Positions 26,126 through 34,712 of a stretch of DNA of 64,000 bases are shown piece after piece. The notes below the pieces were generated by a model that worked only from the letters and a program-made list of their open reading frames with translations, did no database searches and was not told where the DNA came from. Made by a program: the position numbers and the translations under genes. The DNA is from an uncultured Micavibrio sp. (GTDB lineage Bacteria; Pseudomonadota; Alphaproteobacteria; Micavibrionales; UBA2020), in contig CAZKBS010000001.1 in the NCBI GenBank assembly GCA_964551435.1, positions 285,422 through 349,421 of the forward strand, in the 5' to 3' direction. The number at the start of each line of letters is the position of its first letter. Position 1 is the first letter of the stretch.

Positions 26126-27139
26126 ATGGCCGATATTTCAAAACTGCCGAAGGTTGATTTGCACATTCACCTCGAAGGCTCCATCACGCCGGCGATGGTG
26201 CGTAAACTTGCGCATAAGAACGGGCTTGAAATACCGGAAGGGTTGTTCGACCCGAGCGGTGAACTTTTCCACTGGCCCGATGACGGCACGGCGGCGGGTG
26301 CGCTGAAAGGTTTCGTCGAAGCCTATGACAAGGCGACATCCGTCATGCGCGGGGCGGACGATTTTGAAGCCGTCACCTATGATTATTTTGTGCGCAGCGC
26401 GGCCGAGGGCTGTATTTACGCCGAGCCGATTATTTCCGCCGAACATGGCGCCATGGCGGGCCTGACGTACCCTGAAATGATGGCGGCGATTACCGCAGGC
26501 TATGAACGTGCCAAAGCGGAAACGGGCATCGAAGCGCGTTTCATTGCCACCTGCGTGCGGCATTACGGTCCCGCTGCCGCGATACATGTCGCGGAAATCA
26601 CGCGCGATAACCCGCATCCGCTGGTCACGGCCTTCGGCATGGCGGGGGATGAAAATGCGCATAGTGTAGCGGATTTCAAACCGGCCTATGATATTGCCGC
26701 GCTGCCTTACCGCAATGCGCATGCGGGCGAAGCCGCGGGCCCGGAAAGCATTCGCGCCGCGCGGGAGCTTTTGAACGTGCGCCGTTTCGGGCATATGGTG
26801 CGCGCGATTGAAGACGCCGCGCTGATGCAGGAGCAGCTGAAAATCAACGCCGTGCCGGAGGTTTGCGTCTCCAGCAACCTCTGCCTCAAAGTTTATCCGG
26901 ATTACGCATCACACCCGCTGCGCAGGTTTTTCGATGCGGGGCTGAAAGTCACGCTCGGTAGTGATGACCCGACATTCTTCGGCACATCTATCGGCCGTGA
27001 ATACCAGATTGCGCATGAACATTTCGGATTTACAGTAGCCGAGCTTTTGCAAATCAGCCGCAACGCGATTGAAGAAGCTTTCTGCGACAGCGAAACCCGC
27101 ACACGACTTCTGCGCCGGATTGACGGGTATTCGGTTTAG
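26126..27139 (+). CDS. adenosine/adenine deaminase family protein
   Basis: MADISKLPKVDLHIHLEGS..., followed by HAGE and SDDP metal and catalytic motifs. Confidence 0.88.
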   Translation: MADISKLPKVDLHIHLEGSITPAMVRKLAHKNGLEIPEGLFDPSGELFHWPDDGTAAGALKGFVEAYDKATSVMRGADDFEAVTYDYFVRSAAEGCIYAEPIISAEHGAMAGLTYPEMMAAITAGYERAKAETGIEARFIATCVRHYGPAAAIHVAEITRDNPHPLVTAFGMAGDENAHSVADFKPAYDIAALPYRNAHAGEAAGPESIRAARELLNVRRFGHMVRAIEDAALMQEQLKINAVPEVCVSSNLCLKVYPDYASHPLRRFFDAGLKVTLGSDDPTFFGTSIGREYQIAHEHFGFTVAELLQISRNAIEEAFCDSETRTRLLRRIDGYSV

Positions 27140-27163
27140 AGAACCCCAGCTTATTGCAAGAAA

Positions 27164-27589
27164 TCACATCCCGCGTTTATGCGCGGGCGTTTGCGGCGTG
27201 ATGGTTTTTTCGACCGCTTTCACGAGTGCGCCGCCGAGTGTGGAGTCGAGGGCGACGATGTCTGCGCCTGCGCCTTTGAATGCGCGCAGGGCGGCGAAGT
27301 GTTCGGGGCTGCGCAGGTTGATTTTAAGATCGGGTGCGGCGTCGGCAGCTTCGGGCGCACGGCTGCGCTGTGCGAATTCGGCCTCGCGGGATTTCAGGTT
27401 TTCGGCGGCGGCGTAAAAAGCGCTGAGCGCGGCGCCGGCGGCGGGGCGTGCGGTATCGTTCTGGCCATCGAGAATTTGGCGGTGCAGGCGCGCCACATCG
27501 GATGCGGCGGCAAAACTGCTGCCGAGCTTCCCGCCGAGGGCGGCGAGGGGGGATATCGTCTGCGGCTCTTTTTCCTGCATCTCTGCCAT
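27164..27589 (-). CDS. hypothetical protein (141 aa, Ala-rich)
   Basis: ORF with a plausible start. No motif recognised. Kept mainly for its coding-like composition and its position in an otherwise empty gap. Confidence 0.45.
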   Translation of the reverse strand: MAEMQEKEPQTISPLAALGGKLGSSFAAASDVARLHRQILDGQNDTARPAAGAALSAFYAAAENLKSREAEFAQRSRAPEAADAAPDLKINLRSPEHFAALRAFKGAGADIVALDSTLGGALVKAVEKTITPQTPAHKRGM

Positions 27590-27719
27590 GGTATAAGGCC
27601 CCTTCGGAAGGACTTGTCCTTTTTGCGGATTTCCGCTATCTATTTTCCTTAAAAGCCAAACCTTTTGTTCTTAAGCCCAGTATAGCGCATCTTTGCCGGT
27701 TTATGAGCAACCGTTTGGC

Positions 27720-27751
27720 TTACAATCTTGCCGATTTGCGAAAGATTGTAA
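27720..27751. repeat. perfect 10-bp inverted repeat TTACAATCTT-N12-AAGATTGTAA upstream of mnmG
   Basis: Arms at 27720-27729 and 27742-27751, located 13-22 nt upstream of the mnmG start candidates (27764 and 27773). Confidence 0.6.
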
Positions 27752-27763
27752 TAACCATGTCAA

Positions 27764-29650
27764 GTGATTGAAATGTCTAATAAATTCGATGTTATTGTAG
27801 TGGGTGGCGGCCATGCCGGCTGTGAAGCGGCGGCGGCATCCGCGCGTATGGGGGCAAAAACCCTGCTGCTCACGCATCGAATCGATACGATTGGCGCGAT
27901 GTCGTGCAATCCGGCCATTGGCGGCCTCGGCAAGGGGCATCTGGTGCGCGAAATTGACGCACTGGACGGTGTCATGGGCCGTGTGATTGACCAGGCGGGT
28001 ATCCAGTTTCGTATGCTGAACGCGAGTAAAGGCCCCGCCGTGCGCGGCCCCCGTGCGCAGGCGGACCGCAAACTTTACCGCAAAGCCATGCAGGCATTGC
28101 TGCTGGATTATCCGAACCTGACGGTTATCGGTGAAGGGGCGGAGGATATTCTGCGCGATGGCGCAGGTAATATCAGCGGCGTGATTTCTTCGGCAGGGAC
28201 GCAGTATGACTGCGCGGCGCTTGTTATAACGACAGGCACTTTCTTGCGCGGGGTTATTCACCGCGGCACGCATCAGCACGAAGCGGGCCGCATTGGCGAA
28301 AAGCCGTCGGTCGGACTTGCGCTTGCGCTTGAAAAATTGAACCTGCCGCTGGGACGTTTGAAAACCGGCACGCCCGCGCGTCTGGATGGCCGCACGATTA
28401 ATTGGAGCGTATGCGAAGAGCAGCCGGGGGATACACCGCCGCAGCCGTTTTCTTTTATGTCAAAAGGAATCACGGTACCGCAAATCAGCTGTTATATTAC
28501 ATATACCAACGAAATCACACATCAGGTCATCCGCGATAATCTGCATGTCGCGCCGATGTATTCAGGTCAGATTAAATCCTCCGGCCCACGTTACTGCCCG
28601 TCTATCGAAGATAAAATCGTGCGCTTCGCCGATAAAGAGCGTCACCAGATTTTCCTTGAGCCCGAGGGGCTCGATGACCACACGGTCTATCCGAACGGTA
28701 TTTCAACTTCGCTGCCCGCCGAAGTGCAGGAAGCACTGATCCGCACCATTCCGGGGCTCGAAAACGTGACGATTATCGAGCCCGGCTATGCGATTGAATA
28801 CGACTATGTCGATCCGCGCGCGCTCAAACGCACGCTGGAAGTTCATGCGGCACCCGGTCTGTTTTTGGCGGGGCAAATTAACGGCACCACAGGCTACGAA
28901 GAAGCGGGCGCGCAGGGTTTGATGGCCGGTATCAATGCCGCGCTGGTCGCGGCGGGCCGCCGTGAAGAATTCACCCTCGACCGTGCCGATGGCTATATCG
29001 GTGTGATGATTGACGACCTTGTGACCCAAGGCGTGACGGAGCCTTACCGTATGTTCACCAGCCGTGCGGAATATCGCCTGCTGCTGCGCGCGGATAACGC
29101 GGACCAGCGCCTGACGCCGCTGGGGCTGTCGATTGGCTGCGTCGGGCACGACCGCGAGGCGGCTTTCACTGAAAAGCAGCAAAAGCTCGAAGCCGCCCGT
29201 GCGCTTGTCCATAGCCTGCAAGCCCTGCCGATCGAGCTGGAGCGCCGCGGGTTCAAGGTCAATCAGGACGGCATCAAGCGCTCCGCCCATGACCTGATGC
29301 GCTATCCCGATATCAGTTTTGACAATCTGGCCGGTATCTGGCCGGAGCTGGCGGATATCGAGCATGATATCGCCGAACAAGTTGAAATCGATGCCCGCTA
29401 TGCCGGATACATCCAGCGGCAGGAGGCCGATATTCAGGCTTTCCGCCGTGATGAAAACCTCAAGCTGCCTAAAGACCTCGATTACAGCCGCGTCGGCAGC
29501 CTGTCGAATGAAATGCAGCTGAAGCTGCGCCAGCACGCGCCCGATACGCTGGGCGCGGCTTCGCGTATCCCGGGCGTGACGCCAGCGGCACTGGTGGCCC
29601 TGCTGCGTCATGTGAAACGCCGTGACCGCGAGGAGCGAGACGTTGCCTGA
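27764..29650 (+). CDS. mnmG: tRNA uridine 5-carboxymethylaminomethyl modification enzyme MnmG (GidA)
   Basis: [19 protein letters not shown] motif and the full-length GidA architecture. Start is GTG 27764 or ATG 27773. Confidence 0.97.
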   Translation: MIEMSNKFDVIVVGGGHAGCEAAAASARMGAKTLLLTHRIDTIGAMSCNPAIGGLGKGHLVREIDALDGVMGRVIDQAGIQFRMLNASKGPAVRGPRAQADRKLYRKAMQALLLDYPNLTVIGEGAEDILRDGAGNISGVISSAGTQYDCAALVITTGTFLRGVIHRGTHQHEAGRIGEKPSVGLALALEKLNLPLGRLKTGTPARLDGRTINWSVCEEQPGDTPPQPFSFMSKGITVPQISCYITYTNEITHQVIRDNLHVAPMYSGQIKSSGPRYCPSIEDKIVRFADKERHQIFLEPEGLDDHTVYPNGISTSLPAEVQEALIRTIPGLENVTIIEPGYAIEYDYVDPRALKRTLEVHAAPGLFLAGQINGTTGYEEAGAQGLMAGINAALVAAGRREEFTLDRADGYIGVMIDDLVTQGVTEPYRMFTSRAEYRLLLRADNADQRLTPLGLSIGCVGHDREAAFTEKQQKLEAARALVHSLQALPIELERRGFKVNQDGIKRSAHDLMRYPDISFDNLAGIWPELADIEHDIAEQVEIDARYAGYIQRQEADIQAFRRDENLKLPKDLDYSRVGSLSNEMQLKLRQHAPDTLGAASRIPGVTPAALVALLRHVKRRDREERDVA

Positions 29651-30269
29651 AGAATCCCTCGATAAAGTATTCCTGCGCTATGGCTTCGGTGTTTCACGTG
29701 AAACACTGGAGGCGTTGGGCGTTTATGAATCCCTGCTGCTGAAATGGCAAAAGGCTATCAATCTGGTCGGCCCCTCGACGCTGGATGCGGTGGCGGAGCG
29801 CCATTTTTTCGACTCTGCCCAGCTGTTCCGCTTTATCCCCGATATCAATGTGCGTTTGGTCGATATGGGCTCCGGCGCAGGTTTTCCGGGGTTGGTGCTG
29901 TCGCTTCTGGGCGTCAAGGAAGTCCATTTGATTGAATCCGACGTGCGCAAGGCAACCTTCCTGCGCGAAGTTTCACGTGAAACAAAAGCGGTCGCCCATA
30001 TCCACGATACCCGTGTCGAAGATGTCAAAATCGACAAAATCGACGTTTTTACCGCCCGCGCCCTTGCGCCGCTTAAGGATCTGCTGTCTTTCATGCACCG
30101 CCTGTCTACCCCGGGGCATCCGTCGTATGGCCTGTTCATGAAGGGCATGCACTATCAGGAAGAGCTGGATAAAGCCGCCAAGCAGTGGTCTTTTGATGTC
30201 GAGATGTACCCCAGCATGACCGACTTGGCCAGCAAAGTTATTAAAATCAGTAACTTATCCAAAAAATAA
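29622..30269 (+). CDS. rsmG: 16S rRNA (guanine527-N7)-methyltransferase RsmG (GidB)
   Basis: [16 protein letters not shown] motif and a position right after mnmG. The start is ambiguous (GTG 29622 or TTG 29643, both overlapping the end of mnmG). Confidence 0.9.
   Translation: MTARSETLPEESLDKVFLRYGFGVSRETLEALGVYESLLLKWQKAINLVGPSTLDAVAERHFFDSAQLFRFIPDINVRLVDMGSGAGFPGLVLSLLGVKEVHLIESDVRKATFLREVSRETKAVAHIHDTRVEDVKIDKIDVFTARALAPLKDLLSFMHRLSTPGHPSYGLFMKGMHYQEELDKAAKQWSFDVEMYPSMTDLASKVIKISNLSKK
29690..29705. promoter_or_regulatory. parS site 1 (TGTTTCACGTGAAACA)
   Basis: Perfect 16-bp palindrome matching the parS consensus, inside rsmG, where it reads as codons for V-S-R-E-T. Confidence 0.85.
29969..29984. 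promoter_or_regulatory. parS site 2 (AGTTTCACGTGAAACA)
   Basis: Carries the perfect 14-bp core GTTTCACGTGAAAC, inside rsmG, again read as V-S-R-E-T. Confidence 0.85.
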
Positions 30270-30284
30270 GGCATTTTCCGCGCC

Positions 30285-30300
30285 TGTTTCACGTGAAACA
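30285..30300. promoter_or_regulatory. parS site 3 (TGTTTCACGTGAAACA)
   Basis: Perfect 16-bp palindrome in the rsmG-parA spacer. Confidence 0.85.
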
Positions 30301-30311
30301 CGGGGTCAGCA

Positions 30312-30327
30312 GGTTTCACGTGAAACA
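30312..30327. promoter_or_regulatory. parS site 4 (GGTTTCACGTGAAACA)
   Basis: Perfect 14-bp core, 11 bp after site 3 and 46 bp upstream of the parA ATG at 30373. Confidence 0.85.
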
Positions 30328-30372
30328 TAATTTGCCTTGCCCGCAGCGGCAGATTCGCGCTATTTACTGGGC

Positions 30373-31281
30373 ATGACCCAGCCTTCAGACACATACGAAC
30401 AAACTGCGGCTTCTGCCGCTGACAAACCCGCGGACGGCGCTGCGGCCTCCCCCCGTTTGTCCGGCCCGCGCTATATTAGCATTTCGAACCAGAAAGGCGG
30501 CGTGGGCAAAACCACGACGGCTGTCAATCTGGCGACCGCCCTTGCCGCTGTTGGCAAACAGGTTTTGCTGGTTGATCTCGACCCGCAGGGCAATGCCTCG
30601 ACCGGTCTTGGTATTGACCGTGCTGACCGCGACCGTGGTTCTTACGAATTGCTGTTTAATGAAACCACGGCAGACGAAGCCGCCGCACCGACCAAGGTGC
30701 CGGGGCTTTATTGCATTCCGTCTTCCATGCACCTGTCGGGCGCGGAGATTGAGCTGATTGACGCGGATAACCGCGAATTTCGCCTGCGCGATGGCCTTGC
30801 CGCCGCCACGCGCCGCTATGACTATGTGATATTCGACTGCCCGCCCGCGCTCAACCTGCTGACGCTGAACGCGCTGGCCGCGTCCGATGGCGTGCTGGTG
30901 CCACTGCAATGCGAATTTTATGCGCTGGAGGGTCTCAGCCACCTTGTGAACACCATCGAGCGCGTGCGCGATGCTTTTAACGACAAGCTGGAGCTGCTGG
31001 GTATTGTCCTGACGATGTATGACAAACGAAATAATCTGTCAAATCAGGTTGCCGATAACGTGCGCGAATTTTTCGGTGACAAGGTTTACGACACCGTCAT
31101 CCCCCGTAACGTGCGTATATCTGAAGCGCCGTCATTCGGCCTGCCTGCGATTGTCTATGACATGGCGTGCAGCGGGTCGCAGGCGTATATCCATCTTGCG
31201 CGCGAAATGCTGAAACGTGAAAAAGCCCTTCGCGATGCTGCGCTGAAGGCCATGGCCGAAGCCCAAGGAGTCCCCGCATGA
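30373..31281 (+). CDS. parA: chromosome partitioning ATPase ParA
   Basis: Deviant Walker A motif NQKGGVGKTTTAVNLA, preceded by an N-terminal tail of about 35 aa. ATG 30373 is chosen (the ORF is open from 30337). Confidence 0.93.
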   Translation: MTQPSDTYEQTAASAADKPADGAAASPRLSGPRYISISNQKGGVGKTTTAVNLATALAAVGKQVLLVDLDPQGNASTGLGIDRADRDRGSYELLFNETTADEAAAPTKVPGLYCIPSSMHLSGAEIELIDADNREFRLRDGLAAATRRYDYVIFDCPPALNLLTLNALAASDGVLVPLQCEFYALEGLSHLVNTIERVRDAFNDKLELLGIVLTMYDKRNNLSNQVADNVREFFGDKVYDTVIPRNVRISEAPSFGLPAIVYDMACSGSQAYIHLAREMLKREKALRDAALKAMAEAQGVPA

Positions 31282-32309
31282 ATACCGATCCCAAAAAACG
31301 CGGTCTGGGCCGCGGCCTCGACGCTTTGTTCCGCGATGTGAAAAAAGAAGAAGCGACCTTGCAGCAGAAAAAAGCTGCCGCGCCTGCGCCCGCCGCGCCC
31401 GCCGCTGCGGCGACCCCAGCAGCTCCGGCCGCAGCGCCTGCCGTGAACACCGCGCCCGTGCTCCGCGCGGAGGAAATGCTGAAATCATCCGAAGTCAATG
31501 CGCCGCTGCAGCCGCCGCGCCGTTTGCCGGTTGATCGTCTCAAGCCCGGCAAATATCAGCCGCGCACGCATTTCGACGATGATGCGCTGGCGCAGCTGGC
31601 GGATTCCATCGGTGCGCATGGCGTATTGCAGCCGCTGCTGGTACGCCCGATTGAAGGCATGATGTATGAAATCATCGCCGGTGAACGCCGCTGGCGTGCC
31701 GCGCAAAAAGCGCGCGTGCATGACGTGCCTGTCGTCATCCGCGACCTGACCGACAAAGAAGCGATGGAAATCGCGCTGATTGAAAACCTGCAGCGCGAAG
31801 ATCTTTCCGCCATCGAGGAAGCCGAAGGCTACGAACGCCTGATGCAGGAATTCGGTCATACGCAGGACATGCTGTCACAGCAGCTGGGCAAAAGCCGCAG
31901 CCATGTTGCCAACACCATGCGTCTTTTGAAACTGCCTGCCAGCGTGCGCAAGATGGTGCAGACAGGCGCGCTTAGCGCCGGCCATGCCCGCAATCTTGTC
32001 GGCCACAAAGAGGCCGAGCAAATGGCCGCTGTGATCGTCAAGCGCGGCCTCAGCGTGCGCCAGACCGAAAAAATGGTGCAGCAGCTCGAAGCCGGCGACA
32101 AGAAAAAACCCGCTGCGCTGAAAACCAAAGGCTTCGCGCAAAAAGACGTGGATATTCTGGCGCTGGAGCAAAAAATGTCCACGCTGCTCGGCATGAAATT
32201 CGTGATTGATGGCGAAGGCAGTTCCGGCAAGCTGAGCATCGAATATAAAAACCTCGATCAGCTTGACGACATCATTGCCCGCCTGTCGCGCACGCCGCAG
32301 CGTCATTGA
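31278..32309 (+). CDS. parB: chromosome partitioning protein ParB
   Basis: 4-nt overlap with parA. Has the ParB box GERRWRAA and an HTH region. An Ala/Pro-rich low-complexity linker lies near the N-terminus. Confidence 0.93.
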   Translation: MNTDPKKRGLGRGLDALFRDVKKEEATLQQKKAAAPAPAAPAAAATPAAPAAAPAVNTAPVLRAEEMLKSSEVNAPLQPPRRLPVDRLKPGKYQPRTHFDDDALAQLADSIGAHGVLQPLLVRPIEGMMYEIIAGERRWRAAQKARVHDVPVVIRDLTDKEAMEIALIENLQREDLSAIEEAEGYERLMQEFGHTQDMLSQQLGKSRSHVANTMRLLKLPASVRKMVQTGALSAGHARNLVGHKEAEQMAAVIVKRGLSVRQTEKMVQQLEAGDKKKPAALKTKGFAQKDVDILALEQKMSTLLGMKFVIDGEGSSGKLSIEYKNLDQLDDIIARLSRTPQRH

Positions 32310-32332
32310 TCTGCGTACCTATTCAAAACAAC

Positions 32333-32368
32333 GTCACCGTATTCTTCGGGGTACGGTGACATCCTTTT
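32333..32368 (+). terminator. putative terminator of the parAB operon
   Basis: GTCACCGTA 32333-32341 pairs with TACGGTGAC 32352-32360 and is followed by ATCCTTTT. Confidence 0.5.
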
Positions 32369-32389
32369 ACAGCGATAGAAAACAAAACC

Positions 32390-32743
32390 ATGACAACCTT
32401 GCCCGCCTGTCCGCAGTGTTCATCGTCTTACACGTACCTTGATCGTGGCCTCTATATCTGCCCCGAATGCGCGCATGAATGGGCCGAACAGCCGATCGCT
32501 GCGCCAGCCGCGGTCACAGAAAAAGTCGTGCGCGATGCAAACGGGGCGGTGCTCAAAGACGGCGATACCGTCAGCATCATCAAGGATCTGAAGGTCAAAG
32601 GCTCCTCAACCGCGGTCAAGGTCGGCACGAAAGTCAAAAACATCCGCCTTGTCGATGGCGATCATGACATCGACTGCAAAGTCCCCGGCATTGGCCCGAT
32701 GGGGCTCAAATCCGAATTCGTGAAAAAAGTCGCAGAGTCATAA
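32390..32743 (+). CDS. zinc-ribbon protein YjdM/PhnA family
   Basis: N-terminal CPQC...CPEC zinc ribbon, then the conserved C-terminal domain ([17 protein letters not shown]...[16 protein letters not shown]). Confidence 0.85.
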   Translation: MTTLPACPQCSSSYTYLDRGLYICPECAHEWAEQPIAAPAAVTEKVVRDANGAVLKDGDTVSIIKDLKVKGSSTAVKVGTKVKNIRLVDGDHDIDCKVPGIGPMGLKSEFVKKVAES

Positions 32744-32791
32744 AGCTCGAAAAATATCTTAGGCGCGGACTGCAATCAATATCGCTGCTTC

Positions 32792-33108
32792 CTATTTGGT
32801 AGCCGAAGAATAAAGGACGTTCTTGCTACCGCGCACAGTACACATTTGTAGCACCTGCCGATTATTGTCTTGCAATAGAGCGCGGGTATAAAGGGTTTGT
32901 GTACTTGTCTCCCCCGTTACTTTCGCGCCGCGCTCTTCCAGCCTTGCTTCGGCGTGCGCTTTGCAGTCATCCAAGGTTTCAAACAACAGGCTTTCGTCAA
33001 CAACAAAACCGCCCGGAAGCTTTGTGCCTACAGGGATGAGATGGTTGCTCTCTGCCTCGCAGGCGGAAAGGCAAAAGGCTATCATGAGAACACCAAAATG
33101 TTTTTCAT
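32792..33108 (-). pseudogene. small lipoprotein gene with an apparent 1-nt frame break inside the signal peptide
   Basis: ATG 33108 opens MKNILVFS*, which stops at 33082. ATG 33085, in another frame, continues MIAFCLSACEAE.... A +1 insertion in the A5 or T4 run would restore MKKHFGVLMIAFCLSAC or MKNIFGVLMIAFCLSAC, both with an LSAC lipobox. Confidence 0.45.
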
Positions 33109-33128
33109 TCTTGCTTTTCTTCTAAAAA

Positions 33129-34172
33129 TTAAGCGCGGCGGCGCAGGGATCGCGCGCCGGTCTGCGCCAGCGACAAAATGGCGCGGCCGCAGATGATATT
33201 GGGGTCTGCGCCGGTTTGTTTGCATTTGGCTTCGACCGACATCAGCAGCGCCAGCGCCTGTTGCAGCTGTTCCATGCCCCAGCCGGTGACCTGCGCTTCG
33301 AACGCGGCTTTATGCTTCCAGAAGACCTCGGGGCGCAGTTTTTTCATGGCGACTTCGATATTTTCGCCGCGTTCAACGCGCGCGCGTGTGACGGACAGGC
33401 GCGTGAAATAGTTTTGCAGCGTGCGCAGCACGGTCACGGCGGGCACGCCTTCGGACAGCACGAAGCTCAGGATGCGGTCAGCCTCCGCATACATGCCGCT
33501 GGCGACGTGTTTCGACAGATCATCCAGCGACAGAGCCGCACTGGCGCCGACGCAGGCCATGACATCGTCGATGGTGATATTGCGGTTGCCGCCCATATAA
33601 GTAATGAGTTTCTGGATTTCGGAGCGCGCGACGCCGCGGTCACCCACTACATTCGCCGCCATATAGACCAGCGCATCGGAGGGCATATTGTATCCGGCGT
33701 CTTTCAGCCCGTCTTTCAGCACGCGGGCGATATCGCGTTCATCTTCGACATAGCAGGGCAGCGCGGCGGCGTTGGGGGCGGATTCAAACAACTGGCGCAG
33801 GCCGGAGCGGGGCGGTAATTCTCCCGCCGATACCAGCACAAGGTTATCGCCAGCGCGCAAGGCCTCCAGCGCCGCGCGGATGGCGTTCACGGCCTTGTCG
33901 TCGGCATCGCGTAGGCGCACCACACGGCGGCCGCCCAGCATCGAAATGGATTGTGCTTCATCGAGAAGCCGCGAGGGATTGTCGCCCAGATCATCCGCCG
34001 CAAATTCAACCACGCCAAACGGGTCGTTCGCATCCGGCACGACATGACGGGTCAGGAGGTTCATACGCTCGCGGATCAAACCTTCGTCGGGCCCGTAAAC
34101 CAGCACCGCCAGCATATCAGGTGGCGGGTTTTTGGCAAAACCGTCGATAGCCTTGAAGGCAAGCTTGACCAC
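33129..34172 (-). CDS. holA: DNA polymerase III subunit delta
   Basis: 347 aa at the conserved leuS-lptE-holA position, with HolA-like length and helical C-terminal domains. Confidence 0.85.
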   Translation of the reverse strand: MVKLAFKAIDGFAKNPPPDMLAVLVYGPDEGLIRERMNLLTRHVVPDANDPFGVVEFAADDLGDNPSRLLDEAQSISMLGGRRVVRLRDADDKAVNAIRAALEALRAGDNLVLVSAGELPPRSGLRQLFESAPNAAALPCYVEDERDIARVLKDGLKDAGYNMPSDALVYMAANVVGDRGVARSEIQKLITYMGGNRNITIDDVMACVGASAALSLDDLSKHVASGMYAEADRILSFVLSEGVPAVTVLRTLQNYFTRLSVTRARVERGENIEVAMKKLRPEVFWKHKAAFEAQVTGWGMEQLQQALALLMSVEAKCKQTGADPNIICGRAILSLAQTGARSLRRRA

Positions 34173-34184
34173 GCAGCCCCCTTT

Positions 34185-34712
34185 TTACGGTTTATTCTGG
34201 TTGTGGAAATGCAGGGCAAGCGCGGTCTGGACGCTATCGGCCAGCTCGTCGAGCAGGTGGTCGTTCAGGCTTTCCTTGGACGACAGGGTCGCGAATTGGT
34301 TATCCAGCAGGTTATAGCTGCCGAGGGCGCGCTGTTTGCGCTCCAGCACCACCGCGCCGGATTTACGGTCACGCAGACGCATGACGGTCGAAATTTCCAT
34401 TAGCGCGCGGGTATAGGTGGCGTCCTTGCGCACGGCCTGATTGGTCAGCGTTTTGTCGAGCGGCTCGAATTCCAGCACGAACGCCGCATCTGCAGGGCGC
34501 CCTGCCAGATACAGACGGTCGATCAGGGCATTGCGCAAATACTGGCCGTCGCGGTCGGGAATATTTGCAATTTCGACGTTGCTATAGGCGGCCGCGACGC
34601 TTTTTTGTGCCTCCGCCGACGGGCGGGCGTACATGGGTTCAAACCCGCAGCCCGCGGGCAGCAGCAAAAGCGATACCAGCGCCAGCGCGTGCGGTGTTTT
34701 ACCCGACCACAT
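34185..34712 (-). CDS. lptE: LPS-assembly lipoprotein LptE
   Basis: ATG 34712 overlaps the leuS stop by 14 nt. It has a lipoprotein signal ([14 protein letters not shown]) and the conserved position. The longer ORF (to 34976) lies inside leuS in another frame and is not credible. Confidence 0.75.
   Translation of the reverse strand: MWSGKTPHALALVSLLLLPAGCGFEPMYARPSAEAQKSVAAAYSNVEIANIPDRDGQYLRNALIDRLYLAGRPADAAFVLEFEPLDKTLTNQAVRKDATYTRALMEISTVMRLRDRKSGAVVLERKQRALGSYNLLDNQFATLSSKESLNDHLLDELADSVQTALALHFHNQNKP

Noticed and set aside
31370-31450. A GC-rich quasi-repetitive DNA tract (gccgcgcctgcgcccgccgcgcccgccgctgcggcg...) that looks like a tandem repeat.
   Set aside because: It is in frame within parB and encodes an Ala/Pro-rich linker ([23 protein letters not shown]). 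This is low-complexity coding sequence, not a non-coding repeat array.
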